Positions 23,308 to 35,475 of a stretch of 42,760 bases of DNA are shown in pieces; the first letter of the stretch is position 1, and each line of letters starts with the position of its first letter. This stretch comes from Paraspadella gotoi. Taxonomy: Eukaryota > Animalia > Chaetognatha. The position numbers were made by a program, and so were the translations under genes. Where the stretch lies: assembly GCA_051294375.1 (NCBI GenBank), contig CM119267.1, forward strand, positions 21,637,709-21,680,468. Direction: 5' to 3'. Below the pieces are notes generated by a model. It had not been told where the DNA came from. It searched no databases and saw nothing but the letters and a program-made list of their open reading frames with translations.

Positions 23308-23501
23308 GTAATCGTTGCGTCAAAATTTAAATCAATTTTAATGTAATAAATTTATCAATCATTTTAATTATAAATCCAATCGTTTTAATTAATGCTAACT
23401 AATCAAATAAATTTAAACAATCCGTTAAATTAAATCAGTTAATCTGATGGACCAAATTGTTAAATTAAAACCGATTAATCACTGACATTTCTTCTCCCCA
23501 G

Positions 23502-23623
23502 GTAAAGACGAAGGGTTCGACCTTCTCTCCAAAGAGAGTCTCTACATGAAGGACAAACAATCTTCGGCCGAAGGGGACGCCTGGGTCTTGGATTTTCGGG
23601 AAGTGGAGAATCGGCTGCTGCAG
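23502..23623 (+). CDS. mab-21: Mab-21 copy A, exon 5
   Basis: GFDLLSKESLYMKDKQSSAEGDAWVLDFREVENRLLQ; one base shorter than copy B. Confidence 0.92.
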
Positions 23624-23910
23624 GTGAGGGAGCGCGTACGGGAGTCCGAGAAAAGCGAAGGTCGGGCTAGATTTTCAGACGTGATTGGGTTTTGAGTCGG
23701 AAATAAGATATACATGTAATGGTTGTGTTTAGATAAAAGAAATTGAAATTGTAAATCGTAAAGCTTGACCTGTAAAGCTTGTCTCCCAATCGCGCTGTAA
23801 TATTGCATATACAAGTTTTACAAAGATGCTTCTCCATCACTAAATCATCACTGCATCATTAAACTACATCATTCCCAAACTAATCCCCCCCCTTTCCCAC
23901 CGACCCCAAG

Positions 23911-24258
23911 GGCGGATGCCGCAAGAAGTGCCTCTCGATCCTGAAATGTCTACGCGACCGGCACCTCGACCTCCCCGGCAACCCCCTCTCCAACTACCAC
24001 ATGAAGACGCTCTTGCTATACGAGTGCGAGAAGCACCCGCGCGAGATCGAGTGGACGAGACCTGCCTCGGCGACCGCATCAACGGCATCATTCTGCAGCT
24101 CATCTCCTGCTTGCAATGCCGCGATGCCCCCACTACTTCCTACCGCATCTCGACCTCTTCAAGGGAAAAAGTCCCTCGGGCCTGGAGAACGCGGCCAAGC
24201 AGGCCTGGAGGCTGGCGAGAGAGTTGTTGACGAACACCAAGAGCTTGAGAAGTTGTGA
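23911..24258 (+). CDS. mab-21: Mab-21 copy A, exon 6 (last coding exon)
   Basis: GGCRKKCLSILKCLRDRHLDLPGNPLSNYHMKTLLLYECEKHPREIEW...EKL* matches the Mab-21 C-terminus across a few 1-nt indels. TGA at 24256-24258. Confidence 0.93.
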   Translation, partial: GGCRKKCLSILKCLRDRHLDLPGNPLSNYHMKTLLLYECEKHPREIEWTRPASATASTASFCSSSPACNAAMPPLLPTASRPLQGKKSLGPGERGQAGLEAGERVVDEHQELEKL

Positions 24259-25491
24259 GGAGGGAAAAAAAAGAGTGGAAGAGGTTGGGGGGAGAGAAAA
24301 GGAGAAACTCGGAGCCAAGAAAGCGACGACTATACATTCTGCTTCAAACGAAAGACTCCGCGTTCAACCGCCGCTGGTGAACCGAAACTTCTTATTGACG
24401 TCTTCTTCTTCGTCATTCGCGATCGGCTTTCGAAAACAAAATTCTCCCTTCTCCAGATCGTCGACATCTTTCGTCAACATCGGCTCAAAGTAAACATCTA
24501 CAGCAGTCACGGAAGCTGAGGCGGTTGCAGCGGCGGCGATAACGGCTACGAAGGCGGCAGCGGCGTCATTAGCAGTCTTGGGTGGAAGTCGATCACGACA
24601 ACTGGTTCCATCTTTCATTATACTTACAAATTCTTTCCTTATTCTTTCCCCATCTTCCATTTTCCATCTTCCCTCATCTTTCCCCATCTCATCCTCCATC
24701 CTCTTTCCCGCCTTCTCCTTTATTCCCCATCCCTATCCCCAGTCCCCAATCCCAGTCTCCCGTCCCATCCCCAGTCCACAATATCATCTAGTTTCCTTAC
24801 GAGGCGATTTATACCAACGTCGTCCTTAACCGCGCGAACAAGATGTGTCCATCTTCAATGTTTTCCTTTGACTTTCTTCCTCATTCAAACTCCCCTTTCT
24901 TTCCCCCCGCTCACTTGTTCCTCCCCCCTCGGATTCTCTTTCCCTCCCCTCCCCACCTCGCTTTCTCTCCCGATTAGACACGATTAGTATTATTATTAAT
25001 ATTATTATTATCATTATTGTTTCGATCGTTGTTATGGTTCGGACGAGTCTACGCCCGTGCGGACTGTTTCTAGTCAACATGATCTCCTGGATTTGACGTG
25101 AGTTTCGTTTTCTCTTTATTTTTTTAATTTCTGTTTTTTTTTTTCTGCCTGCAGTCGTAGTCAATTATTTATTCTACTAGGATGTTTCTTTATTTCTTTT
25201 TTCATATCTATTATTTTTTGGAATTTTCATTTCTTGAACCAATAATTAAGTTAATTATATATTAGGGTTATGCCAACTAGTCACGAAGATTTTTGTTGTA
25301 GTATTTATTTAAAATTTTAAAAGTTAAATTTTCCTTTGTTCAAATTCCTTCTTACGATGAAGCATTTTTAAGTTGAAAAGTACAATCGTCTGGATTTTGT
25401 AACACAAGTCACTTTGAAGTAACTTCTTCATTTCTTTACAAAAACCAGATTTTTTTTTAGCAAGCGAAAAACAGAAGGAGACTGCAACTCG

Positions 25492-25560
<69 letters not shown>

Positions 25561-26633
25561 GTCTAAGTCTATCTCTCTGTTATCTCTTTTACGATGGGAA
25601 ACTGAGGGATCTGAAAATTAGTTTTGGCTCCGAGCTAAAAGGAATTGAATGAGACTCCAGTCCCCTTCTCTGACAAAACAATCGTATTCAGTTACATTAA
25701 TTTTGTTATTTCATAATTTAAATACTACTTTTTTGCCTTATTAAATTCTTTCTTTCTTAGATATTAAAATATAAATTCTATTTTTTGTTTGTTTTTTTTT
25801 CTCTTCCCATCTTTGTCCGCTCTGTGTTAATTTTGTTTCCAGTTAAATTACGTGTCATCTTAGATCGCCATCATCGATAATTGTCATTGTTTTAACTATC
25901 TTTTCTGTCGTTATTTTGTCATTAAATTAATCGCCGATACAACCATTTTCTCCAATAAAAATGTGTCCATGTGACTCGTTTGTCATTGATGCTGTGAACT
26001 CTCGCCGTGTTCCACCGCAGGCGAAGTGATAAATTTTAGTTCTAAAATTCCTAATTTGAAATAATAATTANNNNNNNNNNNNNNNNNNNNNNNNNNNNNN
26101 NNNNNNNNNNNNNNNNNNNNNNNNNNNNNNNNNNNNNNNNNNNNNNNNNNNNNNNNNNNNNNNNNNNNNNTCGCCTGCGGTGGAACACGGCGAGAGTTCA
26201 CAGCATCAATGACAAACGAGTCACATGGACACATTTTTATTGGAGAAAATGGTTGTATCGGCGATTAATTTAATGACAAAATAACGACAGAAAAGATAGT
26301 TAAACAATGACAATTATCGATGATGGCGATCTAAGATGACACGTAATTTAACTGGAAAACAAAATTAACACAGAGCGGACAAAGATGGGAAGAGAAAAAA
26401 AAACAAACAAAAAATAGAATTTATATTTTAATATCTAAGAAAGAAAGAATTTAATAAGGCAAAAAAGTAGTATTTAAATTATGAAATAACAAAATTAATG
26501 TAACTGAATACGATTGTTTTGTCAGAGAAGGGGACTGGAGTCTCATTCAATTCCTTTTAGCTCGGAAGCCAAAACTAATTTTCAAGAACCTTCAGTTTTC
26601 CCATCGTAAAAGAGATAACAGAGAGATAGACTT

Positions 26634-26713
<80 letters not shown>

Positions 26714-27968
26714 CGAGTGCAGTCTCCTTCTGTTTTTCGCTTGGCTAAAAAAAAATCTGGTTTTTGTAAAGAAATGAAGAAGTTACTTCAAAGTGACTTG
26801 TGTTACAAAATCCAGACGATTGTACTTTTCAACTTAAAAATGCTTCATCGTAAGAAGGAATTTGAAACAAAGGAAAATTTAACTTTTAAAATTTTAAATA
26901 AATACTACAACAAAAATCTTCGTGGACTAGTTGGCATAACCCTAATATATAATTAACTTAATTATTGGTTCAAGAAATGAAAATTCCAAAAAAATAATAG
27001 ATATGAAAAAAGAAATAAAGAAACATCCTAGTAGAAATAAATAATTGACTACGACTGCAGGCAGAAAAAAAAAAAAACAGAAATTAAAAAAAATAAAGAG
27101 AAAACGAAACTCACGTCAAATCCAGGAGATCATGGTTGACTAGAAACAGTCCGCACGGGCGTAGACTCGTCCGAACCATAACAACGATCGAAACAATAAT
27201 GATAATAATAATATTAATAATAATACTAATCGTGTCTAATCGGGAGAGAAAGCGAGGGTGGGAGGGAGAGGAAAGAGAATCCGAAGGGGGAGGACAAGTG
27301 ACGGGGGGAAAGAAAGGGGAGTTTGAATGAGGAAGAAAGTCAAAGGAAAACATTGTAAAGATGGACACATCTTGTTTCACAGCAGCGTTAAGACGACGTT
27401 GGTATAAATCGCCTCGTAAGGAAAACTAGATGATATTGTGGACTGGGATGGGGACGCTAGGAGACTGCGGGATTGGCGGACTGGGGATAGGATGGGGAAT
27501 AAAGGAGAAGGGGAAAAGAGGTATGGAGGATGAGATGGGGAAAAGATGAGGAAGATGGAAATGGAAGATGGGGAAAAAGAATAAGGAAAGAATTTGAAAA
27601 AGTATAATGAAAGATGGAACCAGTTGTAGTGATCGACTTCCACCCAAGACTGCTAATGACGCCGCTGCCGGCCTTCGTAGCCGTTAACCCTGCCGCCGAG
27701 GACCGCCGCTGCAACCGCCTCAGCTTCCGTGACTGCTGTAGATGTTTACTTTGAGCCGATGTTGACGAAAGATGTCGACGATCTGGAGAAGGGAGAATTT
27801 TGTTTTCGAAAGCCGATCGCGAATGACGAAGAAGAAGACGTCAATAAGAAGTTTCGGTTCACCAGCGGCGGTTGAACGCGGAGTCTTTCGTTTGAAGCAG
27901 AATGTATAGTCGTCGCTTTCTTGCTCCGAGTTTCTCCTTTTCTCTCCCCCAACCTTTTTTTCCCCTCC

Positions 27969-28189
27969 TCACAACTTCTCCAAGCTCTTGGTGTTCGTCA
28001 ACAACTCTCTCGCCAGCCTCCAGGCCTGCTTGGCCGCGTTCTCCAGGCCCGAGGGACTTTTTCCCTTGAAGAGGTCGAGATGCGGTAGGAAGTAGTGGGG
28101 GCATCGCCGGCATTGCAAGCAGGAGATGAGCTGCAGAATGATGCCGTTGATGCGGTCGCCGAGGCAGGTCTCGTCCCACTCGATCTCGC
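27969..28189 (-). CDS. mab-21: Mab-21 copy B, 3' part of exon 6 with stop codon
   Basis: Matches ...CLGDRINGIILQLISCLQCRRCPHYFLPHLDLFKGKSPSGLENAAKQAWRLARELLTNTKSLEKL*, allowing a small indel. The 5' part is in a gap. Confidence 0.9.
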
Positions 28190-28656
28190 NNNNNNNNNNN
28201 NNNNNNNNNNNNNNNNNNNNNNNNNNNNNNNNNNNNNNNNNNNNNNNNNNNNNNNNNNNNNNNNNNNNNNNNNNNNNNNNNNNNNNNNNNNNNNNNNNNN
28301 NNNNNNNNNNNNNNNNNNNNNNNNNNNNNNNNNNNNNNNNNNNNNNNNNNNNNNNNNNNNNNNNNNNNNNNNNNNNNNNNNNNNNTGGGGAATGATGTAG
28401 TTTAATGATGCAGTGATGATTTAGTGATGGAGAAGCATCTTTGTAAAACTTGTATATGCAATATTACAGCGCGATTGGGAGACAAGCTTTATAGGTCAAG
28501 CTTTACGATTTACGATTTCAATTTCTTTTACCGCAAACACAACCATTACATGTATATTGTATATTGTATATCTTATTTCCGACTCAAAACCCAATCACGT
28601 CTGAAAATCTAGCCCGACCTTCGCTTTTCTCGGACTCCCCGTACGCGCTCCCTCAC

Positions 28657-28779
28657 CTGCAGCAGCCGATTCTCCACTTCCCGAAAATCCAAGACCCAGG
28701 CGTCCCCTTCGGCCGAAGATTGTTTGTCCTTCATGTAGAGACTCTCTTTGGAGAGAAGGTCGAACCCTTCCGTCTTTAC
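28657..28779 (-). CDS. mab-21: Mab-21 copy B, exon 5 (exon 4 presumably in gap 28808-29446)
   Basis: 123 nt, AG/GT bounded. Translates VKTEGFDLLSKESLYMKDKQSSAEGDAWVLDFREVENRLLQ. Confidence 0.92.
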
Positions 28780-29625
28780 CTGGGGAGAAGAAATGTCAGT
28801 GATTAATNNNNNNNNNNNNNNNNNNNNNNNNNNNNNNNNNNNNNNNNNNNNNNNNNNNNNNNNNNNNNNNNNNNNNNNNNNNNNNNNNNNNNNNNNNNNN
28901 NNNNNNNNNNNNNNNNNNNNNNNNNNNNNNNNNNNNNNNNNNNNNNNNNNNNNNNNNNNNNNNNNNNNNNNNNNNNNNNNNNNNNNNNNNNNNNNNNNNN
29001 NNNNNNNNNNNNNNNNNNNNNNNNNNNNNNNNNNNNNNNNNNNNNNNNNNNNNNNNNNNNNNNNNNNNNNNNNNNNNNNNNNNNNNNNNNNNNNNNNNNN
29101 NNNNNNNNNNNNNNNNNNNNNNNNNNNNNNNNNNNNNNNNNNNNNNNNNNNNNNNNNNNNNNNNNNNNNNNNNNNNNNNNNNNNNNNNNNNNNNNNNNNN
29201 NNNNNNNNNNNNNNNNNNNNNNNNNNNNNNNNNNNNNNNNNNNNNNNNNNNNNNNNNNNNNNNNNNNNNNNNNNNNNNNNNNNNNNNNNNNNNNNNNNNN
29301 NNNNNNNNNNNNNNNNNNNNNNNNNNNNNNNNNNNNNNNNNNNNNNNNNNNNNNNNNNNNNNNNNNNNNNNNNNNNNNNNNNNNNNNNNNNNNNNNNNNN
29401 NNNNNNNNNNNNNNNNNNNNNNNNNNNNNNNNNNNNNNNNNNNNNNGCCTGTCCAAATTCAGGGTTAAGATGGCTTGTTTATTGAATGAACGAACAATTT
29501 TTACATTGGTTATATTACAATTTCTTTTTAGCATCAATCTAGCACGAAGATTTCAGCAGCGAATAGGACTCTCTGAAAATGAGAATGACGACAACTTTGA
29601 CAGTGACTACTATGGCATCTGTTAC

Positions 29626-29660
29626 CTCCGTCGTGTCGGGGATCATCTTGACGATGTCGC
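29626..29660 (-). CDS. mab-21: Mab-21 copy B, 3' part of exon 3 (rest in N gap)
   Basis: DIVKMIPDTTE followed by a GTAACA donor; reverse complement of 20130-20164. Confidence 0.85.
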
Positions 29661-29926
29661 NNNNNNNNNNNNNNNNNNNNNNNNNNNNNNNNNNNNNNNN
29701 NNNNNNNNNNNNNNNNNNNNNNNNNNNNNNNNNNNNNNNNNNNNNNNNNNNNNNNNNNNNNNNNNNNNNNNNNNNNNNNNNNNNNNNNNNNNNNNNNNNN
29801 NNNNNNNNNNNNNNNNNNNNNNNNNNNNNNNNNNNNNNNNNNNNNNNNNNNNNNNNNNNNNNNNNNNNNNNNNNNNNNNNNNNNNNNNNNNNNNNNNNNN
29901 NNNNNNNNNNNNNNNNNNNNNNNNNN

Positions 29927-29962
<36 letters not shown>

Positions 29963-30052
29963 CTTTCATTCTCTCTGTCTCACTCTCCCTCCCTCCTTCG
30001 TTTACTCTTCATCTCTCTCTCCATCTCTCTCTCACTCTACTCCTCCACTCAC

Positions 30053-30221
30053 CCCGAGGCGGTGATGAATTCCACCCAGAGGGACATGCTCCTCTTCCTT
30101 CCGTCGCTGAGCTTCAAAACGGCGCACCCCGGGATTGAACCGTCGTCGACAAAGTTAAAGACTCCCATTTGGTTGAGGTAGAGGGTGATCTCGAACTCGG
30201 TGGGGGAATAGGCGGAGAGTC
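30053..30221 (-). CDS. mab-21: Mab-21 copy B, exon 2
   Basis: CAG acceptor and GTGAGT donor. Translates GLSAYSPTEFEITLYLNQMGVFNFVDDGSIPGCAVLKLSDGRKRSMSLWVEFITASG. 169 nt, phase-consistent. Confidence 0.95.
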
Positions 30222-30628
30222 CTGGATTGCGGAAGGGCGCGTAATTGTTATCATATTATAATATAATATATTATAATATATATATATATTATAATAATGA
30301 AATGGCAATTTCATTTTGCCGATATTATTCCGACTTAATCCTCAATTAAGGATAAAATGAATAAATATTAACTCTTTGAGAGGGACGATAACTTTTTTTA
30401 AAAACTAAATCTTAACATTATAGACATTATAGACATTTTAGGTTATATTAGCCGTAAAAAAATATTATCCCTAAACAGGTAAAAAAAAATAACACGAATA
30501 TTGGAAAGAACCGTAGTCATTAAATTTACTACAATATGCAAATTATATTAAGCTACCGTCTCGTTAACAGCGAAACGAATGGACCCAACCCTCATCAAAA
30601 CCTTACCCTGCTTACGTCCGCAACTTAC

Positions 30629-30821
30629 CCTCGTATCTGCCGTTGATTTCCGCCAGCGACGAGATGAACCTCGGCTCCTGCACCTCCACTTCCCTCAGGA
30701 CCTCCATGACGATCTTGGTGATCTCCCTCACCGTCTTCGAGACTCCAAGCTTGCGGGTCTGAACCCTGTCGTTGTAGAACTTGTTCAGTTGGAACAGGAG
30801 GCGGGACTGGGCGGCCAACAT
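30629..30821 (-). CDS. mab-21: Mab-21 (MAB21L1/2-like), copy B, coding exon 1
   Basis: Translates MLAAQSRLLFQLNKFYNDRVQTRKLGVSKTVREITKIVMEVLREVEVQEPRFISSLAEINGRYE, matching the Mab-21 N-terminus (MIAAQ...EVEVQEPRFISSL). 193 nt, ends at a phase-1 G|GTAAGT donor. Confidence 0.95.
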
Positions 30822-31293
30822 TTTTTGAAATGGGAAGAGGTGAGTGAGAGAGAGANNNNNNNNNNNNNNNNNNNNNNNNNNNNNNNNNNNNNNNNNNNNN
30901 NNNNNNNNNNNNNNNNNNNNNNNNNNNNNNNNNNNNNNNNNNNNNNNNNNNNNNNNNNNNNNNNNNNNNNNNNNNNNNNNNNNNNNNNNNNNNNNNNNNN
31001 NNNNNNNNNNNNNNNNNNNNNNNNNNNNNNNNCGCTTTCTTCTGTTATATTATTTATTCTGGTATAATATTAAGTTTGTTAATCTGTTTTGCAATTTAAT
31101 ACTTTTTGACAACACTAATTCTTTTCGATTAAAAACTCATTCGGTTTCTCGCGCTGTTAAAAAGTTTTATCGCCGGCACGTCTTGTCGCTCGTTGTCCGT
31201 CCTCGTCGCTTCCAAAACGGTGATCTTCGTCTTAATTGTCGAAAAGGCGATGATCGTACCGGCAGCTCACGGCGCACCGTCAGTACGTAGTTG

Positions 31294-31325
<32 letters not shown>

Positions 31326-31936
31326 CCTCTCGCAACGAAATCGCCGTTCCGCTCTGCGTTTTCCACTTAAGAACGTCCGCCTTTTTTCTCCGCCCACCTT
31401 AATTTTCCCTTTTTTTATTTTCTTCTCTTCTTTGTGTTTCCTTAAATTTGTCCACCTTTCTTTTTAAAAGGTGTTAAAATCTTTCTCCACCTTCTTTCAG
31501 CTTCTCTTTGTCGTGATATTTATTTTTTTTTATATTTTTTTTACTTCGCGAAGAAGAAAAAAAATATTTCGTGGGGAAAATTAAGAAAATCACCGACGTC
31601 CCGCGGTTTTCTTCTTTTTTTTTCTTCAAATCTTTTTCGACTCTTGTCTCCGTCTTTGCCCCGGCACTCGCTCTCTCTCTTTTTCCTCTCTCTCTCTCTC
31701 GCGCGTAAAAGAAGAGAGAAGAGAGAGATTAATTTCAGGTTTCGGGTTTTGAACTTTTTTTTTTTGTTTTAATTTTCTATTTTCCCGTCGAAGTCGATTT
31801 TAAGTAAATCCGTTTTGAGAAGAGACTTCATTTCTTTCGGAACGAAATCCGATGAAGACGAATAACGATGACGCCGACGATTGAAGTTGGACGCCGATCG
31901 AAGAGGGAGCGAGAGCGAGAGGCGAAAACAATCCTG

Positions 31937-31983
<47 letters not shown>

Positions 31984-32142
31984 TATGAGAAAAATTAAAA
32001 GAGAGATTTTCAGGTTAAAAGGAGCGAATGGGGTAAATATATATTTAAAGTATTGAATGAAACTAAGATACAGTCAATAAGTTAAAAAAAGTTTGCTATC
32101 TTTTCTTTCTTTCCTTTTCTTTTCTTTTCTTTTCTTTTCTTT

Positions 32143-32246
<104 letters not shown>

Positions 32247-33362
32247 TACTTCTGACAAAGAAATAAATGATAACCGTTTTCTCTCCTCGCCTCCCGAAAG
32301 GAAAACGAAATGCATTAATAATAAAGAACAAATAAGGAAGAAATGATTTGTCATCAAATCGCACGAAGATTCATGATTGGTTGAACGAAAATTGATTGAT
32401 CGCACGAAGATTTTTATTGGTCGGAAGGAAATAATTATTAAAAGAGCAATAGTTTTAGAAAATTAGAATACCGATTGAAATGAGTCAGCAAAAAATAAAT
32501 CCCAAGAAATTATAGAAACAACGTAAAAACCGATTTTTTTTTCAGCCAATTCGGCTCAGAGTCATCATATAAACAAATCGCATTTCAATGAGACGGACAC
32601 CAAAATAAAAAATAAAAAGACAAACGGACAGACGGACGGAATGATGAAGGGAAAAACGTAACGACGGATCTCGTCGAGTGAATAACGATCTCGAATCCAG
32701 ATTCTCCATTAGAACCAAATGGGAGAGAAAGAAAGAAAAAAGATTTATAAAAGTGAAAATAAATTTAGGGCATTCGACAGAATTTCGAAGGCATTTTTAA
32801 GATGCTGTCGGCATAAGTGACGAGGAAGAAGAGGACGAGGAACGACGAGGACGACGACGAACGAGATGTCAGACAAAAGCGGAGGCCAACAAAAAGGATA
32901 AAAATTTGCACGGCGGCTACCAAAACCAGTTTTGGCTCGTTTTGACATGTCTACCGAAAAAGCGCCTCGACAAAGTCTCTCTCTCCTCTCTATCATCTCA
33001 TCCTCTCCTCTTCTCTCTCTTCTCTCTCTATCTCTCTCATCTCTCCTCTCTCCTCTACGTCGTCCGATCTCTCTCTCTTCTATTACTTTTATTCCACGTA
33101 ATCATCGCTTTCAACTAAAGCCCAGAAAGGTGGAAAGAAACTTTAAAAATTTCGGACGCCGACGGCGAAAGAGCACGACGACGAAACTGCACCGACGACG
33201 GATGAAGCACGATACAAAAACCAATTATTGGTTGTCGTCAAACTTACTGTCTCTCTACTCGGGAGATTTACTATCCGTTCACCCGGAAAAGGGTGCAAAG
33301 AGTACAGAGATACTTATAGAAAAAATGTTAAAGTAGAAAAACACAACAACAGAGAATTAGAG

Positions 33363-33394
<32 letters not shown>

Positions 33395-33525
33395 TGAGAG
33401 AGAGAAGAGAGATGGAGGAGAGAGAAGGAGCAGAGAGAGGACGGCAGGACAGATAAAATTCGCCGATGGGGATCCAATTAGAGGAGGAAGAAGAAAAAAA
33501 AAAACACGAGAGAGAGAGAGAGAGA

Positions 33526-33566
<41 letters not shown>

Positions 33567-35215
33567 AGGAGAGAGGAGAGAGAGAGAGAGAGAGATGAGA
33601 GCAAAGAAAAATGGGGGTTGATACCAAGAGTTTATCTTCGGCGCATAAATCATTTAAAAGACGATGATTATTAGGTAATAAATTTCGACAAAAAAAAGTA
33701 GGAGATGGGCAATTTTCTTTTTAGGATTCGTGCTTCTGTTGGTCGTCGCCGTCGTCGTCGTCGTCGTCGTCCAATCGACGTCGTCTCTCCTTCCGTTTAT
33801 TTTGTCAGTTCAGCAACAAAGGCGCCAGAATGATGCTTCGAGTTATGGCGCCATTGCTCTAGTATTCAGAGTCGAAAAGTTTGAGCTCGGTCCAGTGGCT
33901 GTAGAAAGGCAAGTATGTCGCGGATAATACCGTTAGAAATACTTGACATTTTTGGCTTTAGTAGTAGAATCCAAATCAGGTCGAGCTCCACAACAATAAA
34001 TATTTAAGTCGCTGAATGCTAATATCATAGCGCTCCATTGGCTGGAGTAATTCCATTACAATGTTGCAGTCGCAGATGCGAGAGCTATTCTTTGCTCCAG
34101 TCGAATTTAGGAATCGCTCCATCGGCTTGAGTTTTATTATAATCATCCGTTCTACATAACTCTAAATTTAGATTTAAAAAAAAATTAAAATACCTTTTTT
34201 CTCTCGGATGTAAGAGAGGCGTCCATCTTCCACGAACGTGACTGTCTTTTTTTTTCTCTTCTCTCTCTCTCTCTTCTCTCTCTCTTCTTCTCTATCTCTC
34301 TCTCTCTCTCCTCTCATCTTCCTCTTCTATCTCTCTCCCTCCCTCTCACTCTTCTCTCCTCGTCTCTCTTCTCAAGTCAGAACGGTAGGAAGACACATAG
34401 AAATCAAATACCGGCGGGGACGCTTTTCCCCCCGGGGCGTTCTTCCCCTTATATCGCTCCTCTTCCCCCCCCCCGAATCTCTCCCCCCTCCTTCTTTGAG
34501 CGCCCCCAACCCCCGGCGATTTAATCTCATTTTTCTTTTGAAATTATCGAATCGGAGAATCGCTAAGTTGTCTAAGTTGTGGCAATTAGTACTTTTCTTT
34601 TTCAGGCCCCTCTATTTCAACCTAATTAAGCTCTCCTCTCTCTGTCCTCCTCTCTCTCTACAAAGGGGAAGCTTTCTTTTTAAAATTTAAAAAAGGCGAT
34701 CATCTATTAATTTATATTTTTTTCCAGAAGAGGTGCGGATTAAATTTGCCTAATTAGGAGAGAGAGAGAGTCAAATGGAAAAAAAAATAATTAATTTCTC
34801 TATTTTAGCTTTTAAGTTAGCTTTTTTCAGTTTTAATTGACATCTGCGTGTGTACCGTGTAGTCGAGTTAATATTACTATGTATCTTAGTGCCTGTTTTT
34901 CTTCGTACGAAAGAATAGATAATTTAACATTTAATGAAGTAAGAATTCGCCCTTGAGTAATTATCAAACGACGCTAATTTAATTATTTGAAGAGTCAATG
35001 TTTTGACAAGAGGACACGTCAAACTCAGTTTCTTCGTGCGGTACCAATAAAAAACGAAAGAAAATTTAATTTCTTCGAATGAACTTGCATTTGAATAAGG
35101 CAATGACCAGAAATTCGCGAGTTGGTAGAAATGATAATAGAATAAATAATAATATAATAAATAATAAATAACTCTAAAAAATCTGCGTGACATTATAGAA
35201 GAGAAAGTAAAAGTG

Positions 35216-35475
35216 AATTTTTTCTGCGTCAAAAAAAATTATACTAGGTTTTAGTAGGTATCGTAATGACCTCTCACGAGCTCAAAATAGAGATATATAA
35301 AGTGATTAAGGCTTACGTTAAATACAGATAAGATAACTAAATAAAGAGAGATAAGTAATGAAAGAAAATAATTTTTCTGCGTCAAAAAAAATTATACTAG
35401 GTTTTGTATATCGTATGACTCTCACAGCTCAAATAGAGATATATATAAGTGATTAGGCTTACGGTAATACAGAGA
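35216..35475 (+). repeat. Short tandem duplication (~150-bp period)
   Basis: TTTTTCTGCGTCAAAAAAAATTATACTAGGTTTT occurs at ~35218 and ~35372 with collinear tails. Confidence 0.85.

Larger units (their letters stand above)
23474..28807. repeat. Large inverted duplication centred on the 100-N gap 26071-26170
   Basis: 26171-28807 is the reverse complement of 23474-26024. The symmetry continues as 29447-30280 versus 19562-20343. Confidence 0.95.

Noticed and set aside
19624-24258. mab-21 copy A as a true frameshifted pseudogene
   Set aside because: The disruptions are almost all 1-2 nt indels with few substitutions, typical of long-read error. It cannot be called a pseudogene without polishing.
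28095-31290. Long ORFs containing X runs
   Set aside because: They are open only because they cross N gaps.
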